The notes beneath the pieces were generated by a model, which saw only the letters and a program-made list of their open reading frames with translations, ran no database searches and had not been told where the DNA came from. A stretch of 64,000 nt of DNA from Macrostomum hystrix (Eukaryota > Animalia > Platyhelminthes), in the NCBI GenBank assembly GCA_950097015.1, contig CATNEN010000001.1, forward strand, positions 3,720,001 to 3,784,000. Reading direction: 5' to 3'. The position numbers and the translations under genes were made by a program. Positions 1 through 14,100 of the stretch are shown piece by piece. How positions within the stretch are numbered: position 1 is the first letter of the stretch; every line of letters begins with the position of its first letter.

Positions 1-624
1 TTTTGTTTAAAAGTACAATACTAAGTAATTAAAATTATAATTAAAATGAATCCTAGACATTTATACACATCTTCCCTCCTCATATAGGAGGGCTGCATTT
101 TTATTAATTTATTTTATAATTGATTCAATCAGGTATTTAAAATTTCTCAACAAACTCTACCAGCATAAATTGTGTTAGAAAAATCTTCGTAAGCAACAAA
201 TGTTGAGCAACAAAAGGTACGACAGAAAAAAAACAATTATTTTTTAGCATACAGCTGTTTCGCCGATCTAATTGTGACTTGAAACTACATTTTTTAGATT
301 GTAGAAAAACATAAAAAAAGTTAGAGGGAAATTTTGCATTCCGAGGCGAAAGTTACAGATCTTTTAAGGATTCGTGATTTGAACGCCAAAAATGTCCGGA
401 TTGTGCCATTTAGGTCCAGCCTAGAACACGAAAACGTAAGTAAAAATATACCTTATTCGTTACTGAAGAGAAATAAAACGCACACAAAAGCTGTTATTTG
501 AATGAATATATTCACCAGTTAGTAAAACTTTTGTTAAAAATGGCAGTGTTAGCTTGTCAGCTTTGTCGGTTTGGAAAGCATCAATATATTACTTTAAGTA
601 CACAGTTTAGCTCGCCTCGAGTTC

Positions 625-1565
625 AGTTCGTGTCGTGTCCAACAGGTTTAGGTCATGTCTAACATGTTCAGGTCGTGTCTAACAGATTTAAGTCGTGTCT
701 TACATATCTATGTTGAGTCTAACAGATTTAGGTAACGTCTAACATGTTCAGGTCGTGTCTAACAGGTTTAGGTCGTGTCTAACATGTTTAGGTCGTGTCT
801 AACATGTTTAGGTCGTGTCTAACAGATATTTAGTCGTGTCTAACATGTTTAGGTCGTGTCTAACATTTTTAGGTCGTGTCTAACATGTTTAGGTCGTGTC
901 TAACAGATATTTAGTCGTGTCTAACATGTTTAGGTCGTGTCTAACATGTTTAGGTCGTATCTAACATATTTTAGGTCGTGTCTAACATGTTTAGGTCGTG
1001 TCTAACATGTTTAGGTCGTGTCTAACAGATATTTAGTCGTGTCTAACATGTTTAGGTCGTGTCTAACATGTTTAGGTCGTGTCTAACATGTTTAGGTCGT
1101 GTCTAACAGATATTTAGTCGTGTCTAACATGTTTAGGTCGTGTCTAACATGTTTAGGTCGTATCTAACATATTTTAGGTCGTGTCTAACATGTTTAGGTC
1201 GTGTCTAACATGTTTAGGTCGTGTCTAACAGATATTTGGTCGTGTCTAACATGTTTAGGTCGTGTCTAACATGTTTAGGTCGTGTCTAACATGTTTAGGT
1301 CGTATCTAACATATTTTAGGTCGTGTCTAACATGTTTAGGTCGTGTCTAACATGTTTAGGTCGTGTCTAACAGATATTTGGTCGTGTCTAACATGTTTAG
1401 GTCGTGTCTTACATATTTTACATGTAGGTCGTGTCTTACATATCTATGTTGAGTCTAACAGATTTAGGTCACGTCAAACATATTTAAAACCGTGTCTAAC
1501 AGATTTAGGTCGTGCCTGGTAACAGATTTGGGCTACGTCTAACAGATTTTGGTCGTGTCTAACCT
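625..1565. repeat. Minisatellite, about 20-21 bp (GTCGTGTCTAACATGTTTAG)
   Basis: Direct tandem copies visible. Confidence 0.95.
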
Positions 1566-2127
1566 GTCGATAATGCATGTTCTGTGGAATTAAAAAACTC
1601 TTGTATTCTATTGTTAGTAGTAAGTGACTGAAAAAACACAAGAAATGGATGCACCTCAAACATACCAATAATATACAGCCGCATGATAGCATAATCAAAT
1701 CTAAAACTATTGAAATGCAATAAACACTTTAATTTACTAGCCACTAAAAAAACAAAATGAAGCACAAAAATGGTTTAAATGAGCTTTTAAAATCGTAAGG
1801 AGCAAAGATTATAACAAAAGCTGAACGTCAGACAAGGAAGCACAATTCTTTTCGAAGTAAGAGTTCTAAAAAAGAAAGCTAATTAAATTCGAGCGAAAAC
1901 AAGCAAACTATAACAAAATCCTTTTTGTATTCTTTCTGTTATAAAAAAAATGTAATCACAAGAAATTGCAATGTTAAAAATTATACAGTACAGTAAACTG
2001 ATTAACAAAGTTTTCAAAATGTCAAAATAAACAACCACAAATTATAAAAGCATTAAAGACGGGCACAATAATTTAATTTCATTACGGGGTACACATGAAG
2101 GTCAAACGTAGAAGTGCCAATTCAACT

Positions 2128-5100
2128 TCACCGATAATTTTCCTCCTCGTCGAAGCGATACCGACGCCCGGATGACGGTGGCACCGACACGCCACCGCCG
2201 CCACCACGAGTCAGCGACGCATTTGTCGACGTCGACACGCCGTACTGCAGCGGCGGCTTGGGCGGCGGCGGCGTTGGCGGTCGCCTTGACAACGACGAAG
2301 ACACGCCGACGCCGACGATACCAGCGTCCTCGTAGTCCCCGAGCAGCAGGCTGTTCTTGGCCTCGGCTGCGGCGGCCACCGCGGCCTGCTGCTCGCGAGC
2401 TTCCCGACGTCGACGCTTGAAGAATGGCGTGCACAGGGCCAGCAGCAGGATGATGAAGCCCAGGATGGCGACGCCGAGAAGGGCTCCGCCGCCGTAGATG
2501 AGCACCTTGGTGAGGGCGTCCATTTCCTCTGGCGGCGGCTTGTCAGAATTGAACGATTGAAGCACCGGCTGGGAGGGAGGGAGTGTTTAGAGATTGTGAA
2601 CTATAACTTTTTTACTTCTCTGTTGAATCGTTTTTCGATACATATCGGGCCCTAACAAGTAAGAAATTTGTACCGTTTAAAACGAATTGGGTCCTAGGTC
2701 TTGTATTTTTCTATACATATCGGGTATTATTTCTTCTTCGTGATTGTCGATACCTATCGGGTAATTGATTTTGCAGTTTTCTATTCATATCGGCTCTTAT
2801 GTTATAGTAATTTTCTATGCATATCGGTTTATGGGTTCTTGCAATTTTCAATACATCTCGTTTTTTGGGGCATAGGCACGACTTAAGCATGCTGATTACT
2901 AAATTAAAAAATGGCAATACACACGACTAAAACAAAGAGAAGTGGTTGAGGATGAAGCAACAATGCAAGGCTGGCATGCAAAAGCAATGGCACCATTATT
3001 AAATAAAGAATATATTCACGTTTCACAACATGCGAGATTTTAAATTGTAAGCGACAGTTAACCTAAGACTAAAGGGAATATTGTTGCTTCCAAGGTTTTA
3101 AAAAAATTACCTTAAATCGAGGTGTCAAAACGGTGAGACCATATGTACCTGTCTTGAACGAGATTATTAGATTTTTCATTTTCTTAAATATATATATTTG
3201 TCCGTTCATTCGGGATTCGAACCTCTGACCATCTAAAATCGAGGCTCTACATCTACAAGTATCAACACCCTATAGGGGCCCAATAGTTAAGAATTCTCAC
3301 CAGTCCATCTTTCAATGAGCTGACTCGTTTCGCAACGATTCTATCAGCGAATTCTGGAGCCGGCATCCATTGCACCGATGGAACTATGTTCACCGATGTG
3401 CACAGCATGTGATCCTGCAAAATGGGAATTCAGAACATATATACGTTGGCGAGGGAAGCAGATTGGGAGAGAATCAGATAATAATAATAATTGCAGGGCA
3501 ATGGCACATCATTTGTGACACTAGACAGTAGACACTAGACCCGCAGCCAGCGAGGAGGCAATTCTGCCCATTTCGCTGACTCCTAGGCACACACGCACAC
3601 AGATACTGTACGCTGACACACGCTCACACAGGGTGTGTACATCTGCCCTGACTTTCTCATCGTCAGGCAGTGTACACTCTCACTGTGCCTTGGAGGTTGG
3701 CCCCCAAGGGCGTAAATTGCACGACAAGCCCCCAAGCCTTCTCTACGCGGCTGCGCCCCAAATGAATGCGGCCTCGTGGCGGAATCGAGCTCAGAAACCT
3801 TGGTGCGAGAGGCAAACGCGTTAACCGCTCTGCCACTCACCCCCTTAGAGAAGTAGGTTAGGTGGGAAGTGTTAGATATGTAGGTTGGGAAATAGGATTG
3901 AGAGAGAAGTACGAGTAGATTTTGAGAAGAGTTATATTAGGTCACTCACCTCAACAAAGGTGTACTTGTAGGCCACGGTGACAAAGGTCAGTCTGAGTGG
4001 TTCCAACCTAGCCGACAATTCGCCCAGTCGGCAGACAACAGGCAGGCATCGGGCATTTTCGCAGGTATAAGTGTAGTTAAATCGATGCCGCCTCGAGCAC
4101 TGGCCCTTTGAAGCCGACAGAGTGTCATTGGCTGCCGCGGCATCGTTGGTCAGAGGACTGGGAATTCTGCCAGCAGATGCGGCAATTCCGCTGGCCAGTT
4201 TGACTGGAACTATCCTGACGGCCGCTGGTCCAGCCGACGACTTCGCCGAAGACGAAGGTGACACGGTGGGTACAAAATCAGCACTGGCCATGGCAGCGAA
4301 AGCGTCAACGCTGTCCGGCTTCAGTCGCAGTGGATTCAAAACGTCGCCGACTTGATCTAAATCGCAGGTGACTTCGGTGGATTGCGCCACCGCTGATCCG
4401 TTGCCAACGGATTTCGAGGAAGCTACGCCGGCTCGTAGTGTGATGTAGGGCAGAGTCTGCCAGTAAGTCAGGTACTTCCCGCGCTGCTCGCCAAGCACTG
4501 GTTGAGTCTCCAGGGGCCAGTGCATCACCAGATAGCTGACTGGTAGGTAGGCGCCGGCTTGATTGCTCAGAGTGACAGACAGTCTGGGAAACTGGCGACT
4601 CAACTTGTAGGCGGAGCCGTCGAACGCGTTGAATCCGACGGAGCGTTGATTGTAATAAACTGTGCTCTCTGTGAACAGCGACTCCAGTGTCACCGACACA
4701 GAAGTTCGAACACTGGCTACCATGTGGGACTGAGTTAAACTGCCGGCTAAAATGCGGCTCCGGCTGGGAATGGTAGGGTTGAGTGACAGGCTGTGATTAC
4801 TGAGGAGTGACAGGCTGTGATTACTGTGGAGTGACAGGCTGTGATTACTGTTGAGTGACAGGCTGTGATTACTGAGGAGTGACAGGCTATGATTACTGTG
4901 GAGTGACAGGCTGTGATTACTGTGGAGTGACAGGCTGTGTTTACTGTTGAGTGACAGGCTGTGATTACTGTGGAGTGACAGGCTGTGATTACTGTGGAGT
5001 GACAGGCTGTGATTACTGTGGAGTGACAGGCTGTGATTACTGTGGAGTGACAGGCTGTGATTACTGTGGAGTGACAGGCTGTGATTACTGTTGAGTGACA

Positions 5101-8100
5101 GGCTGTGATTACTGTTGAGTGACAGGCTATGATTACTGTGGAGTGACAGGCTGTGATTACTGTTGAGTGACAGGCTGTGATTACTGTGGAGTGACAGGCT
5201 GTGATTACTGTGGAGTGACAGGCTGTGATTACTGTTGAGTGACAGGCTGTGATTACTGTTGAGTGACAGGCTGTGATTACTGTGGAGTGACAGGCTGTGA
5301 TTACTGTTGAGTGACAGGCTGTGATTACTGTTGAGTGACAGGCTGTGATTACTGTGGAGTGACAGGCTGTGATTACTATTGAGTGACAGGCTGTGTTTAC
5401 TGTTGAGTGACAGGCTGTGATTACTGTGGAGTGACAGGCTGTGATTACTGTTGAGTGACAGGCTGTGTTTACTGTTGAGTGACAGGCTGTGATTACTGTG
5501 GAGTGACAGGCTGTGATTACTGTTGAGTGACAGGCTGTGATTACTGTGGAGTGACAGGCTGTGATTACTGTTGAGTGACAGTAGTGAATTTACTTGTACT
5601 AACTGATTCGCTATTAGACATGTTCTGATTTAAAAAGCAAATGGACACATTCAGCAAAGTAACTCTGCACGTATCAAAGTATATCGCACAAATTGAACTC
5701 TCCGTCCATTTATGAACTTTAAAAATGAGGTTTAGATGGTAAAAAATCACTACACTAGAAAAGGTGAGGTTTAGTCTATTACGAAGAAAATTAATGCATT
5801 GAAGTACTTGATCTTGAATATCCACGATACTGGATACACACAAACTGAACAATATGCGTGGTCAGTCTATTATTTTTTACAATAAAATTTGGACAATCTA
5901 ATATTAGAAGGTTTGACTTATCGTTCTTATCGCTTTATTGCTATTCTTGTTGCATATCTGTAGTACGAGTAGAGATAAAAGACAAAATGCCCACACTATA
6001 TATCATTTACAATTCCGGCTTGTAGTTTACCATTCGATTCATCAAGCTAAATATAGCCAGACAAATGACTGACAGTTCCATGGAGAAGACAAGTGGATAA
6101 GGTAGACAGGCAGGCAAAAAGGAAATAGCTAGGAAACGTTATCACAAATAGGAGAGATAAAGAAAGGCTTGTAACGCTCTTCCTCTAGTTGAGCTCGATG
6201 GGGTTTGGGAGAGCATGTGAGCATAGTGCGCAGTTCCTGCTCTGCAATACAGTTCAATTCAATGAGAGTGAGTGGGTAGGAGAGTGAGTGGGTAGGAGAG
6301 TGAGTAAGAGAGTGAGAAGGAGACTGCGAAGGAGGGTGAGAAGGAGAGTGAGAAGGAGACTAAGAAGGAGAAGAAGAGTCAGAATGAGAGTGAGAGTGAG
6401 AGGGAGAGGGAGAGGGAGAGGGAGAGGGAGAGTGAGAGGGAGAGTGAGAGGGAGAGTAAGAGGGAGAGGTAGAGGGAGAGTGAGAGGGAGAGGGAGAGGG
6501 AGAGTGAGAGTGAGAGGGAGAGAGGGAGAGTGAGAGGGAGAGGGAGAGGGAGAGGCAGAGTGAGAGGGAGAGGGAGAGTGAGAGGGAGAGAGGGAGAGGT
6601 AGAGTGGGAGTGAGAGGGAGAGTGAGAGGGAGAGGGAGAGGGAAAGTGAGAGGGAGAGGGAGAGGGAGAGTGAGAGGTACCGCTTGTTGCCATTTTTCTG
6701 TTTTGTTAGGCGAACGCCAGTAAGTGTAGAAATAGAAGGATAATGCCTGATGAAAAAGTTTAGTCACCAGAAATTGATAAATGACGACTGTAGGCTTTCT
6801 AGTTTCAGGGCGTCTAAGAACTCATTAATAAGCTTCAAAAAAGTAATTAATTAAATGCGCATGACAGTCTGCGATAACAATTGCTAGTTCAGGCCAAGCT
6901 AATTCTGGTCTCGCCGGTGTTATTAATCAAACCGAATCGTTGCCGCCACACAGGAAAGTCAAACAAATTCTTTGGTAAACATAAATAATAAGCAGTCAAA
7001 TTTTAACACCGACTCAGCAACGAGACAGAAAAAAAATTCAAAACTTACGTAACAACTTCAAAGTTGAAGCTGGCCTGCGCCATTTCGGGCCCAACAGCGA
7101 ACGGTTTAAAGAGTAGAGTAGCCTCTACGACGCCAGTTGAAGCCGTGATTGGGTTCCCGATTAGTAACTGGGCTGTGTAGTTGCTGGCCGACTGCGGTCA
7201 CGGATCAATGGGGTGAAATCTATCTATATTAGAATTCTCACCCTCCATTCTCTCATCTCACCCTCCATTCTCTTATCTCACCCTCCATTCTCTAATTTCA
7301 TCCTCCATTCTCTCATTTCATCCTCCATTCTCTTATCTCACCCTCCATTCTCTCATCTCACCCTCCATTCTCTCATTTCATCCTCCATTCTCTTATCTCA
7401 CCCTCCATTCTCTTATCTCACCCTCCATTCTCTCATTTCACCCTCCATTCTCTAATATCACCCTCCATTCTCTAATATCACCCTCCATTCTCTTATCTCA
7501 CCCTCCATTCTTTCATTTCATCCTCCATTCTCTCATCTCACCCTCCATTCTCTCATTTCACCCTCCATTCTCTTATCTCACCCTCCATTCTCTCATTTCA
7601 CCCTCCATTCTCTTATCTCACCCTCCATTCTCTCATTTCACCCTCCATTCTCTTATCTCACCCTCCATTCTCTCATTTCACCCTCCATTCTCTTATCTCA
7701 CCCTCCATTCTCTCATTTCACCCTCCATTCTCTTATCTCACCCTCCATTCTCTCATTTCACCCTCCATTCTCTCATTTCATCCTCCATTCTCTTATCTCA
7801 CCCTCCATTCTCTTATCTCACCCTCCATTCTCTCATTTCACCCTCCATTCTCTAATATCACCCTCCATTCTCTAATATCACCCTCCATTCTCTTATCTCA
7901 CCCTCCATTCTTTCATTTCATCCTCCATTCTCTCATCTCACTCTCCATTCTCTCATTTCACCCTCCATTCTCTCATCTCACCTTCCATTCTCTCATTTTA
8001 CCCTCCATTCTCTTATCTCACCCTCCATTCTCTCATCTCACCCTCCATTCTCTAATATCACTCTCCATTCTCTCATTTCATCCTCCATTCTCTTATCTCA

Positions 8101-11100
8101 CCCTCCATTCTCTTATCTCACCCTCCATTCTCTTATCTCACCCTCCATTCTCTCATTTCACCCTCCATTCTCTTATCTCACCCTCCATTCTCTCATTTCA
8201 CCCTCCATTCTCTTATCTCACCCTCCATTCTCTCATCTCACCCTCCATTCTCTAATATCACTCTCCATTCTCTCATTTCATCCTCCATTCTCTTATCTCA
8301 CCCTCCATTCTCTCATTTCACCCTCCATTCTCTTATCTCACCCTCCATTCTCTCATTTCACCCTCCATTCTCTTATCTCACCCTCCATTCTCTCATCTCA
8401 CCCTCCATTCTCTCATTTCACCCTCCATTCTCTCATCTCACACTTCCTTTCTCTTAAACCTTCCTTTCTCTCCTTTCTCTCTTATCTCACCCTCTCTCCT
8501 TTCTCTCTAATCTCACCCTCTCTCCTTTCTCTCTAATCTCACCCTCTCTCCTTTCTCTGTAATCTCACCCTCTCTCCTTTCTCTGTAATCTCACCCTCTC
8601 TCCTTTCTCTCTAATCTCACCCTCTCTCCTTTCTCTATAATCTCACTCTCTCTCCCTTCTCTCTTATCTCACCCTCTCTCCCTTCTCTCTAATCTCACCC
8701 TCTCTCCCTTCTCTCTTATCTCACCCTCTCTCCCTTCTCTCTAATCTCACCCTCTCTCCTTTCTCTGTAATCTCACCCTCTCTCCCTTCTCTCTAATCTC
8801 ACCCTCTCTCACTTCTCTCTAATCTCACCCTCTCTCCCTTCTCTCTAATCTCACCCTCTCTCCTTTCTCTCTTATCTCACCCTCTCTCCTTTCTCTCTAA
8901 TCTCACCCTCTCTCCTTTCTCTATAATCTCACTCTCTCTCCCTTCTCTCTTATCTCACCCTCTCTCCCTTCTCTCTAATCTCACCCTCTCTCCCTTCTCT
9001 CTAATCTCACCCTCTCTCCCTTCTCTCTTATCTCACCCTCTCTCCCTTCTCTCTAATCTCACCCTCTCTCCTTTCTCTCTAATCTCACCCTCTCTCCTTT
9101 CTCTGTAATCTCACCCTCTCTCCTTTCTCTCTAATCTCACCCTCTCTCCTTTCTCTGTAATCTCACCCTCTCTCCTTTCTCTCTAATCTCACCCTCTCTC
9201 CTTTCTCTGTAATCTCACCCTCTCTCCTTTCTCTCTAATCCTGCTCTCATGATACTCAAGCAGACAGAAGGTAGCCAAGTGTGTCATACGCTCTTAAAAG
9301 AATTGAGTCTCACAGATTTCAAACAGGAAGTGCATTTTATTTGATTTCGCTTTATACAAAAAAGGCAAGCTTTCGCGGTGACTCAGCACTGAGCACTTTA
9401 TCCGTACTCGACCTAAATTCTAGCTAACGAAAAATAATTATTTACACTTGGTGATCCAACACTATTTAGCCCTTAGCTGAATATAGTAAAGCACGCAATA
9501 AACAATGATTAATGCTTTTTGAAGTTTCTGCGAATATATTACACGTATCTCAACAACTTTTTCTAGCTCTAAGTAGTGAAAATTGGTTTTCAATTTCTCG
9601 TATATCTGCGCAATACCGATTGACTCGAGAATTGCTTGTCACTGGCGCAGTCGTTTCTATACAACTGGACATTGTCTAACATTGACTTATTCAATGCCTT
9701 ATAATTGTAATTATTCTCTATAGTCAATTCATTCATCTCGAAATCTCGAATCTGTAATGATCTTCTCTCTTTAAAAGCCCGTACCTCGTTATCTTCCTTT
9801 ATCAATCTAAGATGCATATCACCCTTCTCCCTCTATCAATCTCTCACCTGTCTCTCCCTTCTCCCTTTATCGATCTCTCACCTGTCTCTTCCTTCTCCCT
9901 TTATCAATCTCTCACCTGTCTCTCCCTTCTCCCTTTATCAATCTCTCACCTGTCTCTCCCTTCTCCCTTTATCAATCTCTCACCTGTCTCTCCCCTTTAT
10001 CAATCTCTCACCTGTCTCTCCCTTCTCTCTTTATCAATCTCTCACCTGTCTCTCCCTTCTCTCTTTATTAATCTCTCATCTGTCTCTCCCTTCTCTCTTT
10101 ATTAATCTCTCACCTGTCTCTCCCTTCTATCTTTATTAATCTCTCACCTGTCTCTCCCTTCTCTCTTTAATAATCTCTCACCTGTCTCTACCTTCTCTCT
10201 TTATTAATATCTCACCTGTCTCTCCCTTCTCTCTTTATTAATCTCTCACCTGTCTCTCCCTTCTACCTTTATCAATGTCTCACCTGTCTCACCCTTCTCC
10301 CTTTATCAATCTCTCACCTGTCTCTCCCTTCTCCCTTTATCAATCTCTTACCTGTCTCTCCCTTCTCCCTTTATCAATCTCTTACCTGTCTCTCCCTTCA
10401 ATTTATCTCAGCCTCACCATCAGTGAATCTCACAGCCTATCGCATCCCCATTCTCAGAGTATGCTCACCCTATACTCAGACGACGCCGCCTTTTCCAAAG
10501 ATGAAGTCAGAGCGAAGGCAGCGGAGTTGTAGCTGACCAACAGGTAGGCGCCGTAGGCTGGCTCATTTGAGACAGAGATTCGACACTTCACCTCAACTGG
10601 GGTGGCTCTTGAGTCCACTAGAATCTCCAATTGTCCCGTGCCTGCCTGTCTGAATGATTAGCGGTAGAAAAATATATGAAATTCTGTTTCTTTTATCTTG
10701 CGGCCTTTTCTGAAGACACATTTAAATCTCTCATCAATCTCACCTCATTCTCTATCAATCTCTAATCCATCTCACCTCATTCTCTATCAATCTCTCATCA
10801 ATCTTACCTCATTCTCTATCAATCTCTCATCCATATCACCTCATTCTCTATCAATCTCTCATCAATCTTACCTCATTCTCTATCAATCTCTCATCCATAT
10901 CACCTCATTCTCTATCAATCTCTCATCCATCTCACCTCATTCTCTATCAATCTATCATCCATCTCACCCCAATTCTCTATCAATCTCTCATCAATCTCAC
11001 CCTCATTTTCTATCAATCTCTCTTCAATCTCACCTCATTCTCTATCAATCTCTCATCCATCTCACCCTCATTTTCTATCAATCTCTAATCCATCCCATCC

Positions 11101-14100
11101 CAATTCTCTATCAATCTGTTATCAATCTCACCCTTTATTATGATCATAAATTTTGTAAAGGCTTAAGTTTCATAATTTTGTATTGAACTATAGCAATATA
11201 AAACAATTTAATTAACTACACGGAACATCTAAACTCACCTGGTACTGTTGGATCTGCACTCCAAAGTCACGGCAGTCTGGCAATAGTTGTCATGGCAACC
11301 GTGATTCCACTTCATCTGCAAGTTGTTTGCGATTGCTTGAGTGCGCGAACATGAGAACCAGACTAATGTACAGTGCTTTAGAATTCTGTGCCTTGAATTA
11401 TTCCTTGGTGTCATCAATCATGGTGCATTTTCAAATATCAAATTACATTAGAAACGTGCTTGATTTGTATTTGTTTAACTAAGGACTTACATTTAAATTT
11501 AGAGTTCTTGATGAAACTTTATCCCACACAAGTCAGCACAATAATTCATTCACTTTCACCAAAAATTTTTCGATGCACTTCAACCCATTACTTTCTCCCG
11601 AATCTACCTCTCTACTCTACCTCCCAACTCTACCTCCCAACTCCACCTCCAGACTCTACCGACTCCACCTCCTGACTCTACCGACTCCACCTCCTGACTC
11701 TACCGACTCCACCTCCAGACTCTACCGACTCCACCTCCAGACTCTACCGACTCCACCTCCAGACTCTACCGACTCCACCTCCTGACTCTACCGACTCCAC
11801 CTCCTGACTCTACCGACTCCACCTCCTGACTCTACCGACTCCACCTCCTGACTCTACCGACTCCACCTCCTGACTCTACCTACACCCGAGAAGACTTTGA
11901 GAAATCACTCTCATTGTGTGTGGCTCACCTCGCTAAGCTGAAATCTGACTCCCTCCTCGCTGCCGATACCGCGTATCAACGGAGCCGATCGAAGCGCGGC
12001 CTTGGAGTCCAACGGTCGACTGCCGTCGTTGCGAGGTTTCGGCGATCGATTCCACCAAGCCGCCTCCACCACTAGCGGCGTGTCCGTATCTGACTCTGGG
12101 CTCTGCGTGCGGCGAGAGAGTGCATAAGTTTGAAAGCACAAGTCTGTGCCTATTTTTAGCCCGTTGGTCACGTGACGCGATCGCGAGTTGATAAGCAAAG
12201 TGTATTTCCAGGAAAGCAATATTGCCAGTTCAACTGTGCACTCAATAAAACTGTTGTCTATAAGCAGTCGATTCACTAACTACTCGCAATAAAACTAGAC
12301 GGCATATAAACTAACAGCCAATAGAAAAATCAATAAATATTTGCCTTCAGCCTTATACTCGTAGTTCAGTATACAATATTGACAATTCGAAATGCGAACT
12401 TAAAATAAACTCACGTCTAACAGCTAGACAACTCATATCTAACAGGTATAACACTTGTCATTTAAAGGTAGTGAACTCGTGTGTAACAGGCTCACCCGAA
12501 TGTTATTAGCTTAACAGGCATTAAAATGGTGTCTAACAGGTATTGCACTCGTGTCTAACAGGATTTAAACTCGTGTCTAACAGGTATTAAACTGGGGCCT
12601 AACAGGTATCGCACTCGTGTCTAACAGGATTTAAACTCGTGTCTAACAGGTATTAAACTGGTGTCTAACAGGTATTGCACTCGTGTCTAACAGGATTTAA
12701 ACTCGTGTCTAACAGGTATTAAACTGGTGCCTAACAAGTATTGCACTCGTGTCTAACAGGATTTAAATTCGTGTCTAACAGGTATTAAACTGGTGCCTAA
12801 CAAGTATTGCACTCGTGTCTAACAGGATTTAAACTCGTGTCTAACAGGTATTAAACTCGTGTCTAACAGGTTGAAACACGTATCTAACAGGTTTATACAC
12901 GTGTCTAACAGGTTGAAACACGTCTAACAGGTATTAAACTCGTGCCTAGCAGGTATTAAAATCGTGTCTAACAGTTTGTTTTGCATGTCTAACAGCACTC
13001 ACCAGTCCAGCAGTGTACAACAGAGTGAGTGTGTACAAGCGATCAGTTCCAGACTGCAACCGCAGGGTGTTGTTGTTTGTTCCGATATTTTGCGCAAGAA
13101 ATCTACTGCCAGTTGGTGAGGCCGTGTCAATAAAAAACTGCAGATCCACAGAGAAGGTTGGCTTCTCAGACTCGCTGGAGAAAAGGCTGTCGCTAAAATT
13201 ACAAAAAAGTTGTATTGTTGGATTCTTAGAAATCGACCGCTACATCTGAAAAAGATTCTTAGAAAATCCTACTTTCCACCCCCTAACAGATTCTTAGAAA
13301 GTGCTCCGTTACACCCGAAATCGATTCTTAGAAAATCCACTGTTCCACTGCAAGAAGTTTCTTAAAAAAATCCACTATTTCACTGCAAGAAGATTCTTAG
13401 AAAATCCACTGTTCCACTGCAAGAAGATTCATAGAAAAACCTACTTTCCACCCCCTAACAGATTCTTAGAATGTGCTCCGTTACACCCGAAATGGATTCT
13501 TAGAAAATCCACTGTTCCACTGCAAGAAGATTCTTAGAAAATCCACTGTTTCACTGCAAGAAGATTCTTAGAAAATCCACTGTTTCACTGCAAGAAGATT
13601 CTTAGAAAATCCACTGTTTCACTGCAAGAAGATTCTTAGAAAATCCACTGTTCCACTGCAAGAAGATTCTTAGAAAATCCACTGTTCCACTGCAAGAAGA
13701 TTCTTAGAAAATCCACTGTTCCACTGCAAGAAGATTCTTAGAAAATCCACTGTTTCACTGCAAGAAGATTCTTAGAAAAACCTACTTTCCACCCCGTAGC
13801 ATATTCTTAGAAAGTCCGTTGTTCCACTCACTGGTAGATTAAATAATCCCATCGCATTTCAATTAGAGGATTCTTAGAAAACCCTGCTTTCGGCCCTTTG
13901 TCGACAATAGGGATTCCTAGATTATCCCCGCTCGCGCACTCGCCCTCCCTGACTTACTTCTGCTGGGTGAAGTTCAGCCAGACGGTCAATTCCAAGCTGG
14001 CCGGCTTCAGCGCCAATTCTAGCGGAAGCGGTGGTCGAATCCCAGCAGCTTTTATTGCCAGTCGGACCACGTAGCGAGCGGGATAAAAGTACACAGCTCC

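Noticed and set aside
2630-2862. Repeat-spacer-like pattern (TTTCTATACATATCGG about every 35 bp) resembling CRISPR
   Set aside because: The repeats are degenerate and unevenly spaced, lie inside a spliceosomal intron, and there are no cas genes. It is a decayed minisatellite.
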